From IMG/VR virus record IMGVR_UViG_3300031949_000064, positions 1 through 47,631 of that record: DNA of 47,631 nt; one strand, 5' to 3'. Positions 19,454-29,130 of this stretch are shown piece by piece. The notes below the pieces were generated by a model. The model ran no database searches. It was not told the origin of the DNA and worked only from the letters and a program-made list of their open reading frames with translations. How positions within the stretch are numbered: position 1 is the stretch's first letter; each line of letters opens with the position of its first letter. The stretch comes from a virus. Lineage: Duplodnaviria; Caudoviricetes. Made by a program: the position numbers and the translations under genes.

Positions 19454-20376
19454 GGCTTCACCCATATTGCGTTCACGTCAGATAGGGCCGTAGTGGTGAC
19501 TGTTATCGGACCGTTGAGCGTGTTGCTCTCATCTGCTGCGTGGCCGATTGATTGACCGGCATACAGGTCTACGGGCGCTGCGAAGTCGGGTCCGTCGATC
19601 GTCACTCCAGAACCAACGACCTGCACACTAACAGCGAACGATAGAACGCCGTCGGGAATCACAATGGTTCCAGCGCCCAGCTGACGTTCCCCGTCGACGA
19701 GTCTCTGCACGGCTGCTGGAGGAGAAGCCGTTACCGTACCAGTCACTTTCACGCGGCCAGCGGAATCAACAGAGATCTGGGAGTAGTCGCCATCCGTATC
19801 TGTAACGACCGCATCAGCATCGTTGCGCACCGCGAGCGCGAACGCGCCTACGTCACCGCTGACATGCGGCGCGTCCTCTGCGTGCGTAGCGGAAACCAGG
19901 ATCGTGAGTGATCCCTCGATGCCGTCCGTAAAGCCCTCGAGGCCATCGACGAAACCATTGAGCGACGTGAGTAGGCCCTCAAGCCCGTCGGTGAACCCTT
20001 CGAGCCCGTCCGTGAATCCTTCAAGTTGGTCAACCGAGGTCAGGATCGACGCGAGCGATGCAGCTGCAGCTGCGAGCGTAGCCTCGGTAGCGGCGCCCGC
20101 GGGGAGCAGTAGCCGACCGTTCGCGTCCACGGCGATCGGCGAATAATCACCGTTGGCGTCTGTGAAAGTGGTGACGCCGTCGTCGTTACGAACCGCCCAA
20201 GCGGGAATGCCTGGATCACCACTGACGTGCGGCGTGTCCTCGTCGTGTACCGCGTCGCTTACGCGCTGCGTATTCGTCTCAACGTCGGTGAGTAGAACGT
20301 TCGTGGCGGGGCAGCAGGGATCACCCGGTCCGCCGCCGCCGGCCGTGCTTAAGCAGTCTGGTCCGATTGGTGCCAT
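19450..20376 (-). CDS. Repeat-containing structural protein
   Basis: Two H.ED.PHVSGD.G..A.AVRND...TD..GDYS repeats flanking LEGFTDG heptads. Confidence 0.65.
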   Translation of the reverse strand: MAPIGPDCLSTAGGGGPGDPCCPATNVLLTDVETNTQRVSDAVHDEDTPHVSGDPGIPAWAVRNDDGVTTFTDANGDYSPIAVDANGRLLLPAGAATEATLAAAAASLASILTSVDQLEGFTDGLEGFTDGLEGLLTSLNGFVDGLEGFTDGIEGSLTILVSATHAEDAPHVSGDVGAFALAVRNDADAVVTDTDGDYSQISVDSAGRVKVTGTVTASPPAAVQRLVDGERQLGAGTIVIPDGVLSFAVSVQVVGSGVTIDGPDFAAPVDLYAGQSIGHAADESNTLNGPITVTTTALSDVNAIWVKP

Positions 20377-20377
20377 A

Positions 20378-21247
20378 TCAGCAAGCCTCCGCAAGTGCCG
20401 CGAACACGCAGCAAGGATCGAATCTGTAGATCGCGAGCTGCGCGGCAATCACATTCGCGCGATTCAGACGCGGACTCACGCCGCGCGTCGTATCGTCAAG
20501 GACCTGTATCGCAGTCGTGGCGTACTCGAACGGACCCGTAACGTAGATGTACGCCTGCCCCGGGCCGGCGGCCGGGCTCGCTGGCACGTCAGGATCTGAT
20601 CCTAACCCGGTCGGGCCTTCATTCGTGTACCCCTGATCGAACACGACAGTATGCGGCCCGAGCTTGAAGACGCTCCCAACCTGCGTGATCTGCGTGTTAT
20701 TGAAAAACCACGGCAACGTCCACGCCGGAGCGTGAATGAACACTTCGCCAGTCAAGCCGCAAGCGAAAGCGTCCTGCAGCAACCCGGCGAGCGTGTGCAC
20801 GAGATCAGACGGGCCGGCGAGCGGCGTGACGTCAATCGCAGAGTCAGGTAGGTTCGGGTTCTGGTTCGGCGTTCCATCCGGCGCACTCGATGAAAGTGCC
20901 AGCGCGATCCCGTTCGACAAGCGAACTGCCAGACCGCGCCGAGCGCGTGCCTCAAGCTGATTCCAATCACCGGGTATTCCAACACACGACTGTGCGTTGT
21001 ACTCGACGAGGAAGGGTCGGAACGTGACATCGTCGGCGCCCTCATTCAGCGGCTTTTCTGGGTCCTCATCATCGCGGGGACAGCCCTGCCACACCCACGG
21101 GAAGCCACAGTTCTCCGGAGTGTGATCGGTGCCGCCGCGTTGCCACTCCACATTCTCGGGCAGCGGGCGAGCTGATGCCGTGAAGCTGCCAAGCAGATTC
21201 GGTGCCCCTCCGGTTACTCCGATGTCGATCCTACTCGGCATATTCAC
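20378..21247 (-). CDS. Second capsid protein (major capsid pentamer-like)
   Basis: Follows major capsid; PF.V....C and IHAP motifs; gene order as in cluster-B-like actinophages. Confidence 0.6.
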   Translation of the reverse strand: MNMPSRIDIGVTGGAPNLLGSFTASARPLPENVEWQRGGTDHTPENCGFPWVWQGCPRDDEDPEKPLNEGADDVTFRPFLVEYNAQSCVGIPGDWNQLEARARRGLAVRLSNGIALALSSSAPDGTPNQNPNLPDSAIDVTPLAGPSDLVHTLAGLLQDAFACGLTGEVFIHAPAWTLPWFFNNTQITQVGSVFKLGPHTVVFDQGYTNEGPTGLGSDPDVPASPAAGPGQAYIYVTGPFEYATTAIQVLDDTTRGVSPRLNRANVIAAQLAIYRFDPCCVFAALAEAC

Positions 21248-21328
21248 TCCTCAACGTCTGTGCCCGACCCCGCAACGGAGCCGGGCACAGAAACCCTTAC
21301 CTCAACCGAGGGCCCTGGCCCCCAGGTA

Positions 21329-22906
21329 TTACTCGTCCGTGCAGTCCTCGCCCGTGCCGAGCGCCGGGCGGACACCCGATGCGCAGAATGGAACGACGAG
21401 GTCAATCGCGGGTCCGCAGCCGAGCTTCTCAAGGAACTCGAATCCCTCAGTGAACCACTGCAACTTGTTCTGCCGTGCCAGCTCGGGGCTACGCACGATA
21501 CCAAGATCAATGTCGGGACCGACGCCAAGCACGAAGTCCTCGGGTCGGTAGAGCAGGATCTCCTGGTTGACCGGATGCTGTGGTGCCGCGACTCGCGTGC
21601 AGTCCACAGTTGCTGGGCACGTCGGCACGCCCGGGTCGGCAAGCGGTGCGTGTGGCAGGGCGCCGCCCGGCGTGCACGCGATCTCGTCTGCAAGTTCAAT
21701 GACGTTCGCGACGCCCAGAGTTCGCAGTCGGTCAAACAGGTCGTCGCGAGTTCGGTACTCGTCCATGCCGCGAATGACGCCGTCAGTGAGGACTCGCTCG
21801 AGCAGCCCCGCCGGCAGTGCCAGCGTGTAGTTCGGATTCGCGACTCGCAGGTTCGCGCGGATGGCTTCCATCGCCCAGCCAACTGCGGCAAGCAGCTGCG
21901 ACGACGCGCCGTAGCCGGTAAGGTCGTAGCCGAAACTGTAGCGAGATGACAGTGCGCGAAGTCGGTTGTAGAGCAGAAGCTCTGCAGTCTTGGAGAACGC
22001 GCACTGCATGACGTTCTCGAGGTTCGCGATCAGCTCTGGGTTGCCGATGAGCTGCTGCGTGTTGAATGTCGCACACGCCGAGATCGCGTACATGCAGGAT
22101 ACGACTTCGGGCGGGCACTCAAGTTCGAAGCACGGCTTCCAAGTGAGCGGGTCCGACGGATCGACAGCGTCTTGGTCGACGCATGTCCACTCGGTGATTC
22201 CCGTGAGCGCGTCTGCGAGGTCCACGCCGCGAACGTAGCGAACGTCGCCCGACGCGGTAATCGTTGGAAGGCTGTCAGATAGTGGCCGAACGGAATCGCA
22301 ACACTCGCGAATGCCGTTGATCACGTCTTCCGGTCCACAGAAACACGCGGCCGCCGTCTTGTCGGTGCCGTCTGCCCTGCTGAGAACGGCTGCTTTCATC
22401 GCGTCGGTGGCGTTTGCGCCTTCGCGAACGATGTGGTTCGTTTCGCGCTTCATGGTCGTGAAGCTGTGTCGCTCCTCGTGGCGAACGCTGCCGTTCACCA
22501 TGTTGCGGACAAACTTCTTGACGTCGCCGTTGGCCTTATCAGCCTCGTCGCGAGTGACACGCGGTCCACTCCCGCCACCGAGAGTCATGGAAGCGACAGC
22601 TTCGTCGACAACGGCATCCGCGTCGGCGACTGCCTCGTCGTCCTCCGCTTCCTCGTCCTCGGTCGCGTCGTCGGTTGCGACAGCTTCCTCGACTGCTGCC
22701 TCGGCTTCGTCGCCTTCGGCAGCTGCCTGGATCAGCTCGTGCAACCTGATCTGGTCGTCTACGAGAGTTTCGAAGCGCGTCAACTGGTCAGCGCTGAACG
22801 CGCCTTCGAGCTTCGCGGCCTTCACTTCTGCGATCTCCTGGGCGACAGCGGTGGCGAATCCGCGAAGCTGCTCGACGCTGAACTCTGTCAAATCCTTCGG
22901 AACCAT
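21329..22906 (-). CDS. Major capsid protein with N-terminal scaffold-like acidic region
   Basis: 525 aa; GGGAG RBS; TAAA.FC.P, KPC....CP and IDLGIVRS..L..QN....FTEG motifs. Confidence 0.85.
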   Translation of the reverse strand: MVPKDLTEFSVEQLRGFATAVAQEIAEVKAAKLEGAFSADQLTRFETLVDDQIRLHELIQAAAEGDEAEAAVEEAVATDDATEDEEAEDDEAVADADAVVDEAVASMTLGGGSGPRVTRDEADKANGDVKKFVRNMVNGSVRHEERHSFTTMKRETNHIVREGANATDAMKAAVLSRADGTDKTAAACFCGPEDVINGIRECCDSVRPLSDSLPTITASGDVRYVRGVDLADALTGITEWTCVDQDAVDPSDPLTWKPCFELECPPEVVSCMYAISACATFNTQQLIGNPELIANLENVMQCAFSKTAELLLYNRLRALSSRYSFGYDLTGYGASSQLLAAVGWAMEAIRANLRVANPNYTLALPAGLLERVLTDGVIRGMDEYRTRDDLFDRLRTLGVANVIELADEIACTPGGALPHAPLADPGVPTCPATVDCTRVAAPQHPVNQEILLYRPEDFVLGVGPDIDLGIVRSPELARQNKLQWFTEGFEFLEKLGCGPAIDLVVPFCASGVRPALGTGEDCTDE

Positions 22907-22956
22907 CGTTATCTCCCATTCATCAGAAACTGATATCCGTAGTATGTATCACAACT

Positions 22957-23124
22957 TCACTTTTTTGCTTTGCGAGCCTTGTATACGCCGCTGCGAACTG
23001 CGTAGCCGAGCGACAGGGTCGCAATGCCGAGGTACGGTGTTGAGTCCCCGCCATACACGTCGATCACGACTGCCGCGATGATCGCGACGATCGTTACCGA
23101 CGCTGATGCGACGAGGTCCTTCAA
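22957..23124 (-). CDS. Small two-TM membrane protein (holin-like; absent from ORF track)
   Basis: TTGA overlap; MKDLVASASVTIVAIIAAVVIDVYGGDSTPYLGIATLSLGYAVRSGVYKARKAKK. Confidence 0.55.
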   Translation of the reverse strand: MKDLVASASVTIVAIIAAVVIDVYGGDSTPYLGIATLSLGYAVRSGVYKARKAKK

Positions 23125-24929
23125 GACTTCGCGACCTTCGCGTTCGCCGCTTCGTAGCGAGCGGACATCTGCGCAGACTCCACGAGTCCGATCAGGAACT
23201 CAACTCGATCAGCGAGCGCGTCGATCTTGTCGTTCAACGCGGACCACTGGTCGCCCTCGTCGTTCGAATCCTCTACGACAACCACGTCGGTTGGCGTCTC
23301 AACTGCTTCGTCGTCATGCGGCATGCCACAGTCCAATCGTTGCGATGACAAAAGTGTAACAGTAGCATCCTGCATCGCCGGCATCGGAACCAAGGTTGCC
23401 CCGGCAACGACGATACGACTCATGACGTTGACCTCGTCCTCATTCCAGTAGGAATCGTTCGGACCGACAATCCCGTCGATACTGATACCGGTCAGCATTC
23501 CATTCTGAATCGCGTCGAGCACTGCCTGCCCCGCACCACTCGCAGAGGATGGGAACACCACTCCGGAGTAAAGGATCTTCTTCTTGTCCTTCTCGTCGCG
23601 CCATACCGCGTCGATGCGTCCGACGAGACTCGCAGCGTCGTGACCGGGCAAGTTCTCAAGCGTTGCGTAAAGCGGGAGGGGCATTTCCCGCCACTCCGCT
23701 GCGCCCGCTTCGATCAGGCGACCATCCTCAGTCGGGGCGCCCTCGACGAGCAGGATTCCGCCGACGTTCACGGCAGCCTGCTCCTCGGTCGCAAGCTGCG
23801 CGGTACCGGATGATGCGATTCGCTCCATACTGGCCTGCTCCCACGGCGGGACGATCTCATCGTCCATGAATAGTTCGGCGAACCTCGCGTAGTAACCAGC
23901 GACCCTCGACTTGACCGCGTCGACCTCGTCCTCCGGAATGTCGACGCCACCACGGCCGCCCTGCAAAACCGATGCGACCGCGACGACCGCCTTCCACGTT
24001 GCCTGCTGCGCATCGTCGAATACGTCGGCGAATAGGAGTTTGTAGCCGCCGAACTCCTGATCGTTCTCGGGGTCGTACCAGAAGTGCACGCTCCGATACT
24101 TCGCCCAGTCGATCGTCTCTGCGTCGCCGGATCCGTCGCTCGACGCCCATGCTCGGATTCGCTGATCGGCGGCGTCGGAGTCCCACTCGTAGTCACGCAA
24201 TTCGTAGAGCGGTAAATCTGAAGCGCCGCCGGCCGTGAATGTCGCCATCTGTGTACCACCGGTTGTTGTGACCATGACGCCGCCCGATGCCACTCGATCG
24301 ACAGTCGTAACCATTTCCCCGCCAATCGAACCAGACGCTGCGCGATCAAGACGTTTCGATTTGAATCCTGGAATCGTGACGAGGCAGGCACCTACAAGCT
24401 CCTCGCCATGCTCGCCCGTACTCAAATTGCTAGTGCTGGCGAGCACTACGGACACCCAGTGTCCTGATCTGGCAGTGCCGCGAAGGCGAGCCATGTCGAG
24501 ATCGGTGACCGTGGGCCAGCAGACCCCGGCGAACCAGACGCCATTCGCGTCTTCGCCGTATCGAACTCGGGCCAGTTGTTTCGATGAGTCCTGAGACACA
24601 CCGTTGTAGAAGGCGTGCAGCTTCGCGATGCGATCAGGATCAGAGACGTCAGATATGGGCGCATGCCCAGCGTCGCCACCAAGTCCGGCAACCTTGATCA
24701 GCGATCCGTCGGCGCACAGTGCGTCACTCGGATGACAGTGCCCGTAATTCGTCTTTGATCGCGGGACCTTCCAACGGTCGCCACTGCCGTCGTGCAACAC
24801 GGATCCCCAATGCGCAAGGTAGCCGTAGATCCGACCATTGGATTCCACGATGCAACCCGCGTCCTTGGGCATATCGACCGGCGGCGCGAACCACTCGCGC
24901 GGCGGCTCAAGGGGGATACTAGGATTCAT
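23121..24929 (-). CDS. Capsid maturation protease, multidomain
   Basis: Between portal and capsid; EG.PTEDGR...PLPL...GHD...VGRID...GISID...GATLVPMPA. Confidence 0.75.
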   Translation of the reverse strand: MNPSIPLEPPREWFAPPVDMPKDAGCIVESNGRIYGYLAHWGSVLHDGSGDRWKVPRSKTNYGHCHPSDALCADGSLIKVAGLGGDAGHAPISDVSDPDRIAKLHAFYNGVSQDSSKQLARVRYGEDANGVWFAGVCWPTVTDLDMARLRGTARSGHWVSVVLASTSNLSTGEHGEELVGACLVTIPGFKSKRLDRAASGSIGGEMVTTVDRVASGGVMVTTTGGTQMATFTAGGASDLPLYELRDYEWDSDAADQRIRAWASSDGSGDAETIDWAKYRSVHFWYDPENDQEFGGYKLLFADVFDDAQQATWKAVVAVASVLQGGRGGVDIPEDEVDAVKSRVAGYYARFAELFMDDEIVPPWEQASMERIASSGTAQLATEEQAAVNVGGILLVEGAPTEDGRLIEAGAAEWREMPLPLYATLENLPGHDAASLVGRIDAVWRDEKDKKKILYSGVVFPSSASGAGQAVLDAIQNGMLTGISIDGIVGPNDSYWNEDEVNVMSRIVVAGATLVPMPAMQDATVTLLSSQRLDCGMPHDDEAVETPTDVVVVEDSNDEGDQWSALNDKIDALADRVEFLIGLVESAQMSARYEAANAKVAKS

Positions 24930-24960
24930 GGCTTGATCAGACACACCAGTATTGTATGCA

Positions 24961-25236
24961 TCATTCCGGGTTCTCCTTGAAATTCGTGAAACGACCATCG
25001 ACCCCGTACCAAGTATCACGCCACTTGTGAGTGGCCCCGCTATTCCACTTCGTACGAGCCAACTGCACGGCGTGAGCCCAGTCAGAAGCCTCGACACTCA
25101 CGAATAGGAACTTGCCTGGCTCGGGGCCAATGAACAGGAAGCGAATACCCCAACGCTCCACAGTCCAGCATGGACTACCGGGCCGCGTCATGTCCGTGAC
25201 GATGCGCTTGACCTCGTCGGGGCGATCCTTCGCCAT
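24961..25236 (-). CDS. Hypothetical protein
   Basis: Tightly packed 91 aa ORF. Confidence 0.55.
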   Translation of the reverse strand: MAKDRPDEVKRIVTDMTRPGSPCWTVERWGIRFLFIGPEPGKFLFVSVEASDWAHAVQLARTKWNSGATHKWRDTWYGVDGRFTNFKENPE

Positions 25237-25238
25237 CG

Positions 25239-25874
25239 CTACCGAGTGACCCTGACCACTCGATTCACGAGCGATATTTGCCGGGTCTGGTACCCGACGC
25301 CCTGGCCACCGCCGACGTTTGAGTTGCCGTCGATTGTCTTGACGTGCGTTGCGGTATGCGCTCGCCGGCTGCGCCCAGTCTCATTGCAGTACCTGATGAG
25401 CAGTCCGGTGTGATCCGAGTCGAGGTGTCCGCCCGCGAAGTTGAAAACGACGATGTCTCCAGGGCGGCCAACGCGCTGATCAGGCAACACGCTCATCCCT
25501 GCGAGGCGACCAAGTGACCGAGTCGCGGCCCAAGCACGCTGCACAGACTTCGATCCCGCTTTGCGATACCAGCGCGCGACCGCGTCGCCGCACCACGGCT
25601 CCCCGAGTACGCCGTCATTTTCGAGGATGATCTTGTCGACCTCGGGACCGCGATTGTTCCCACCACGCTCCCTGACATAGAGATCCTTGCGCGCCTCGCG
25701 CAGTGCGCGTAGGCGTAGTGGCTCGCGCTTCGTGCGGATCGACTTCTCATTCACGCCCTGTCGACGCTTGCGCAGCCAATTGAGCGTGCGCCGCGGGAAC
25801 CATCGCTTGCCACCGGGCGTGAGTTGCTGGCCCTTGAGGTTCTTGGCGGATACGAGTTCGTCGGGATCGGTCAC
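25239..25874 (-). CDS. CHAP-domain peptidoglycan hydrolase (endolysin candidate)
   Basis: PWCGDAV, PGDIVVF, DHTGL, TIDGN. Confidence 0.8.
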   Translation of the reverse strand: MTDPDELVSAKNLKGQQLTPGGKRWFPRRTLNWLRKRRQGVNEKSIRTKREPLRLRALREARKDLYVRERGGNNRGPEVDKIILENDGVLGEPWCGDAVARWYRKAGSKSVQRAWAATRSLGRLAGMSVLPDQRVGRPGDIVVFNFAGGHLDSDHTGLLIRYCNETGRSRRAHTATHVKTIDGNSNVGGGQGVGYQTRQISLVNRVVRVTR

Positions 25875-28018
25875 TGTGACTCCTGTGCAGTCGTGATTGG
25901 AACGAAGTCGATCTCATATTCACATTGACACCCGTTGTGATCACCGGGGAAGTACACGACGCCCGGCAGCCACGGATTTGATACCTCAGAATCAAGCTCG
26001 TCGAACTCCTGCCACGAGAACCACGTCCGCCCATCAAGCGCCTGATGAGGCGGGAACGGCTGATTCGGGTGCCCAACGACCCAGGTGTACTGAGTCGCGT
26101 ACGCTCCGACCGCTTCCTTGAGCGTGTCCTTGACCGCGGCGTCCTCGCCGACGTGTGTGGGCCGAGCCGTGTTACCTGCTTCGCCGTTCGACTGGTTCGA
26201 CCCACCGTTCGCGGTAGACGTGAGTGTCCGAACGACGTTGTCGGCGACGCGCGCGGGCTTGCCCGACTTGAAACTGCGCTCACTCACCTGGTTGGCGATC
26301 TCCTCCGCTTGCTTCGACACGGCGAGCGCGCGGCCCTGGAACTCGTTTCGCCATATCGACCGCAGCTGGTTATAGTCGATACCGGTGAGCGTCGCTATCC
26401 TCCGGAGAGTTGCGAACAGCTGGTCGATGGTTCCATGCTCAAGGTCGTCGCGGTACTTGTCGAAGTACGCAGCGGGGTCGTAGCCTTCGAATGGGATCTC
26501 ACCAGCCGCAGTCTTGTCCGACTTCGCTGCGCGCTTGGCCGCCAATCTGCCGGCTTGGGCTGCGTCGTCGGCGATGCGGCTGAGAATGCGTAGGTACAGC
26601 TTGTGCATCTTGGCTTGCTGCGAGTTCACCACGCGGCTAGACTGGCGTAGGATCGTCGCTGGATTCGTCGACGCGGCAGCAGTCCGATCCGGCGCGTTCT
26701 GATTGAGCAACGCGGCGTCAACCGCGGGGTCCTGACTGATCAGTGCGAGGAGCAACTCATCTGCGTCGTCGCGAATGTCTGAGGGCTGGAATCCGATTGC
26801 TTCGACGTACGCCTCGACCTTGATCGCACCAACCTTGTAAGCCTCGGCGGCGCTACGACTCATATCACTTTTCGCGATGGCACTGGCAGCGTTCGGCACG
26901 AGTCGGTACTCGCAGGGATCGAGGCAGAGGTTGACGAGGATCTTGCGAATCAATCCGTCGTAGATCGCGTCGGCGATGCGCTGGCCGCGAGGATACAGGT
27001 GGTAGGCCCAAGTGTTCTCGTCGACCTTCCAATCCCCCCAGTGGTTCGCGTCGCCGATTCCCAGGATGACTTGCGCGGGCAAGTCGATGCTTCTAGCGTA
27101 GCGTTCGATGTAGTTCTGCATACGTCGCCCCGACTCGTCGGCGCCCTCGGGACGGCTCGGCAGGATATGAACGATGTCCTTCGCGTACTCGGCTGGTCCG
27201 TACAACGTGATTGGCACGATCGCGTCGCCACGGGCGCGGTCTGCGATCGTCGCGATCATCGCTTCCTCAAGCGCGTTCTCGAATCCCTTGCGACTACCGG
27301 GCGTATCCGAGGCGTCGAGCGTGTCGCTCTCATCGGGCAGGATCTCCGTGGGGATATACAGGATGCCGTTACCCGCCAATACGCTAATCGCGTCGGCCTG
27401 GTCGCGACTCAACTCAAGTGCCATGGTTTCGAGCAAGCCGAGCAGCGGCTTGTGGGGTCCACTGGCGCGGTTACGATCTGAGGGATCAGGTGTGTAAATA
27501 CGAATGATCGTTGTATCGTGCCCAATCGTTATCCAAACGTCCTTCTCGCCGTCCTTCAAGACGCGGCGCTCCACGAGCTTGCCCTTCGACTTGATCTCTG
27601 TCGGTCCAAGCGTTTCGAAGCAGAATCCATTGTCAGCCGTGCGCGTCACCAGTACGAACGCTTCCTCGACCAAGTGGCCAAGTGCAGCTGCGCGACCTGC
27701 TTTGAACGCTAAGTTCAGGCGCCGCTCGATACCCTGAATCTCGGCAGTGTCATCGGCCAGCCACTCGTTCTCGTGCCGGTCGAATCTTTGAATCTCGAAT
27801 GTGACCATGTCCATGGTGTTGTGCACGAAGCTGTACCCGGTCATCACCTCGGGAATCAACTCTGCGTAGCGCAGGACCTTGGCTTGCCAGTCGTCGAGGC
27901 GCGCGGATAGTGCTTTCACGCTCTCGGATACGGCGGGGATGCTGATCTGGTGTGCTGCGTACCGGTGCGCCGGCTTGTGCTTGCGAGCGAACGGGTTGAG
28001 TATGCGGCGCTCGGCCAT
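25871..28018 (-). CDS. Portal protein with MuF-like C-terminal extension
   Basis: LAGNGILYIP.E, LG.GDANHW..W motifs; C-terminal H..LDG...PGDHNGCQC. Confidence 0.85.
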   Translation of the reverse strand: MAERRILNPFARKHKPAHRYAAHQISIPAVSESVKALSARLDDWQAKVLRYAELIPEVMTGYSFVHNTMDMVTFEIQRFDRHENEWLADDTAEIQGIERRLNLAFKAGRAAALGHLVEEAFVLVTRTADNGFCFETLGPTEIKSKGKLVERRVLKDGEKDVWITIGHDTTIIRIYTPDPSDRNRASGPHKPLLGLLETMALELSRDQADAISVLAGNGILYIPTEILPDESDTLDASDTPGSRKGFENALEEAMIATIADRARGDAIVPITLYGPAEYAKDIVHILPSRPEGADESGRRMQNYIERYARSIDLPAQVILGIGDANHWGDWKVDENTWAYHLYPRGQRIADAIYDGLIRKILVNLCLDPCEYRLVPNAASAIAKSDMSRSAAEAYKVGAIKVEAYVEAIGFQPSDIRDDADELLLALISQDPAVDAALLNQNAPDRTAAASTNPATILRQSSRVVNSQQAKMHKLYLRILSRIADDAAQAGRLAAKRAAKSDKTAAGEIPFEGYDPAAYFDKYRDDLEHGTIDQLFATLRRIATLTGIDYNQLRSIWRNEFQGRALAVSKQAEEIANQVSERSFKSGKPARVADNVVRTLTSTANGGSNQSNGEAGNTARPTHVGEDAAVKDTLKEAVGAYATQYTWVVGHPNQPFPPHQALDGRTWFSWQEFDELDSEVSNPWLPGVVYFPGDHNGCQCEYEIDFVPITTAQESQ

Positions 28019-28021
28019 GCG

Positions 28022-28402
28022 TTACCTCGTCTTGGTGAGAACGGTATCGGAGACTTGCGCAACGGCGGCGACCACGATGATCGGGTCAGTCCACTCCGGA
28101 GAAAGGTGGTGCCCGAGTAGTGCCGCCGCTGCGATCCACACGCCGACGCAGTACGGGCAGGATACGAGACGGCCGAGGAATCCGAGCTTGCGTGGCTCGC
28201 TAATCGTCTTGTACGAGCCGAGTCGTATCCCCCGGCGATCGACATGCCGGTAGAACTCCAAGTCGCCGTCGGCGGCGGGCGGCGAGAGTAGAAAGATTCG
28301 GTGTCGCAGCGGCTCAAGGATCGAGTCGTCCACGATCAGCGCAGTGAGGCGCGCGACTGCGAGGCCGGCGACAATGATCGCTGCGAGGTTGCTTGAATCC
28401 AT
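28022..28402 (-). CDS. DUF1360-like membrane protein
   Basis: ARLT.LIVDD.I.EPLR and L.SCPYC.GVW. Confidence 0.75.
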   Translation of the reverse strand: MDSSNLAAIIVAGLAVARLTALIVDDSILEPLRHRIFLLSPPAADGDLEFYRHVDRRGIRLGSYKTISEPRKLGFLGRLVSCPYCVGVWIAAAALLGHHLSPEWTDPIIVVAAVAQVSDTVLTKTR

Positions 28403-28411
28403 GACGATAGT

Positions 28412-28621
28412 CTAGCCCTCGCTCTCAAATGGATCGTGCGTACTGGTATGCCAGTATCCGCACGACGGGCACTCGTAGTGGTGGTGGTCCTCGCCACGAG
28501 TGTGGCGATTGTAGTCGACTACGAACTTCGCGGCGGCCTCGGTTGCCCACCGCTTCTTGATCTTCCCGGCGCGTGAGTGGCACGGGCTGCGTTGAATACG
28601 CTTTGCCCGGCCACGGCCCAC
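28412..28621 (-). CDS. Small Zn-finger protein
   Basis: YECPSCGYWHTS. Confidence 0.6.
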   Translation of the reverse strand: MGRGRAKRIQRSPCHSRAGKIKKRWATEAAAKFVVDYNRHTRGEDHHHYECPSCGYWHTSTHDPFESEG

Positions 28622-28732
28622 GCTATTGGGCGTTCTTGATTGTCGGTACGTCCGGTCCTGGCTTTGGGTGCTGTAGCCATGGCGGTACGATTCCGGTGTT
28701 TCCGCCGGGCTTGATTCGTGTAGTGGTGATGG

Positions 28733-28972
28733 TCACTTGCTCTCCTTGAGCGCTCGATTGATTACATTGAGGTCTATCTGAATGCTGTCGCCACCCCTAA
28801 CTGGGAACGGCAGATCTGATGGAAATGTGTATACGAGCCAATTGCCAACGACATACGGATCGAGCGCCTTGGTATCGTCATCGCCTTGTCGGGGCGTCGG
28901 ATAGGCGACGCGACGCAGCGCCGCGAATAATATGCGTCCGGCGTTCGATCTGATTTTGTGCAACACGGGCAC
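28733..28972 (-). CDS. Hypothetical protein
   Basis: 79 aa ORF, co-oriented, GAGG upstream. Confidence 0.45.
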   Translation of the reverse strand: MPVLHKIRSNAGRILFAALRRVAYPTPRQGDDDTKALDPYVVGNWLVYTFPSDLPFPVRGGDSIQIDLNVINRALKESK

Positions 28973-29030
28973 TCCTCGTATGGTGGGGGGCGGTGCGCTG
29001 ATACTACGCGACTTGCCGGACCCAATTAGG

Positions 29031-29065
29031 ACAGCCGCCCCGTTGCCCTACGGTGGCGGCTGTCG
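29031..29065. terminator. GC-rich hairpin downstream of terL
   Basis: GACAGCCGCC...GGCGGCTGTC inverted repeat; no U-tract. Confidence 0.4.
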
Positions 29066-29130
29066 GGCGTCGTCGTCGTCGACGCCATGCCGGTGGTGAG
29101 CCGGAGCGAGGGTCCCTAGCTGGCGACAGA

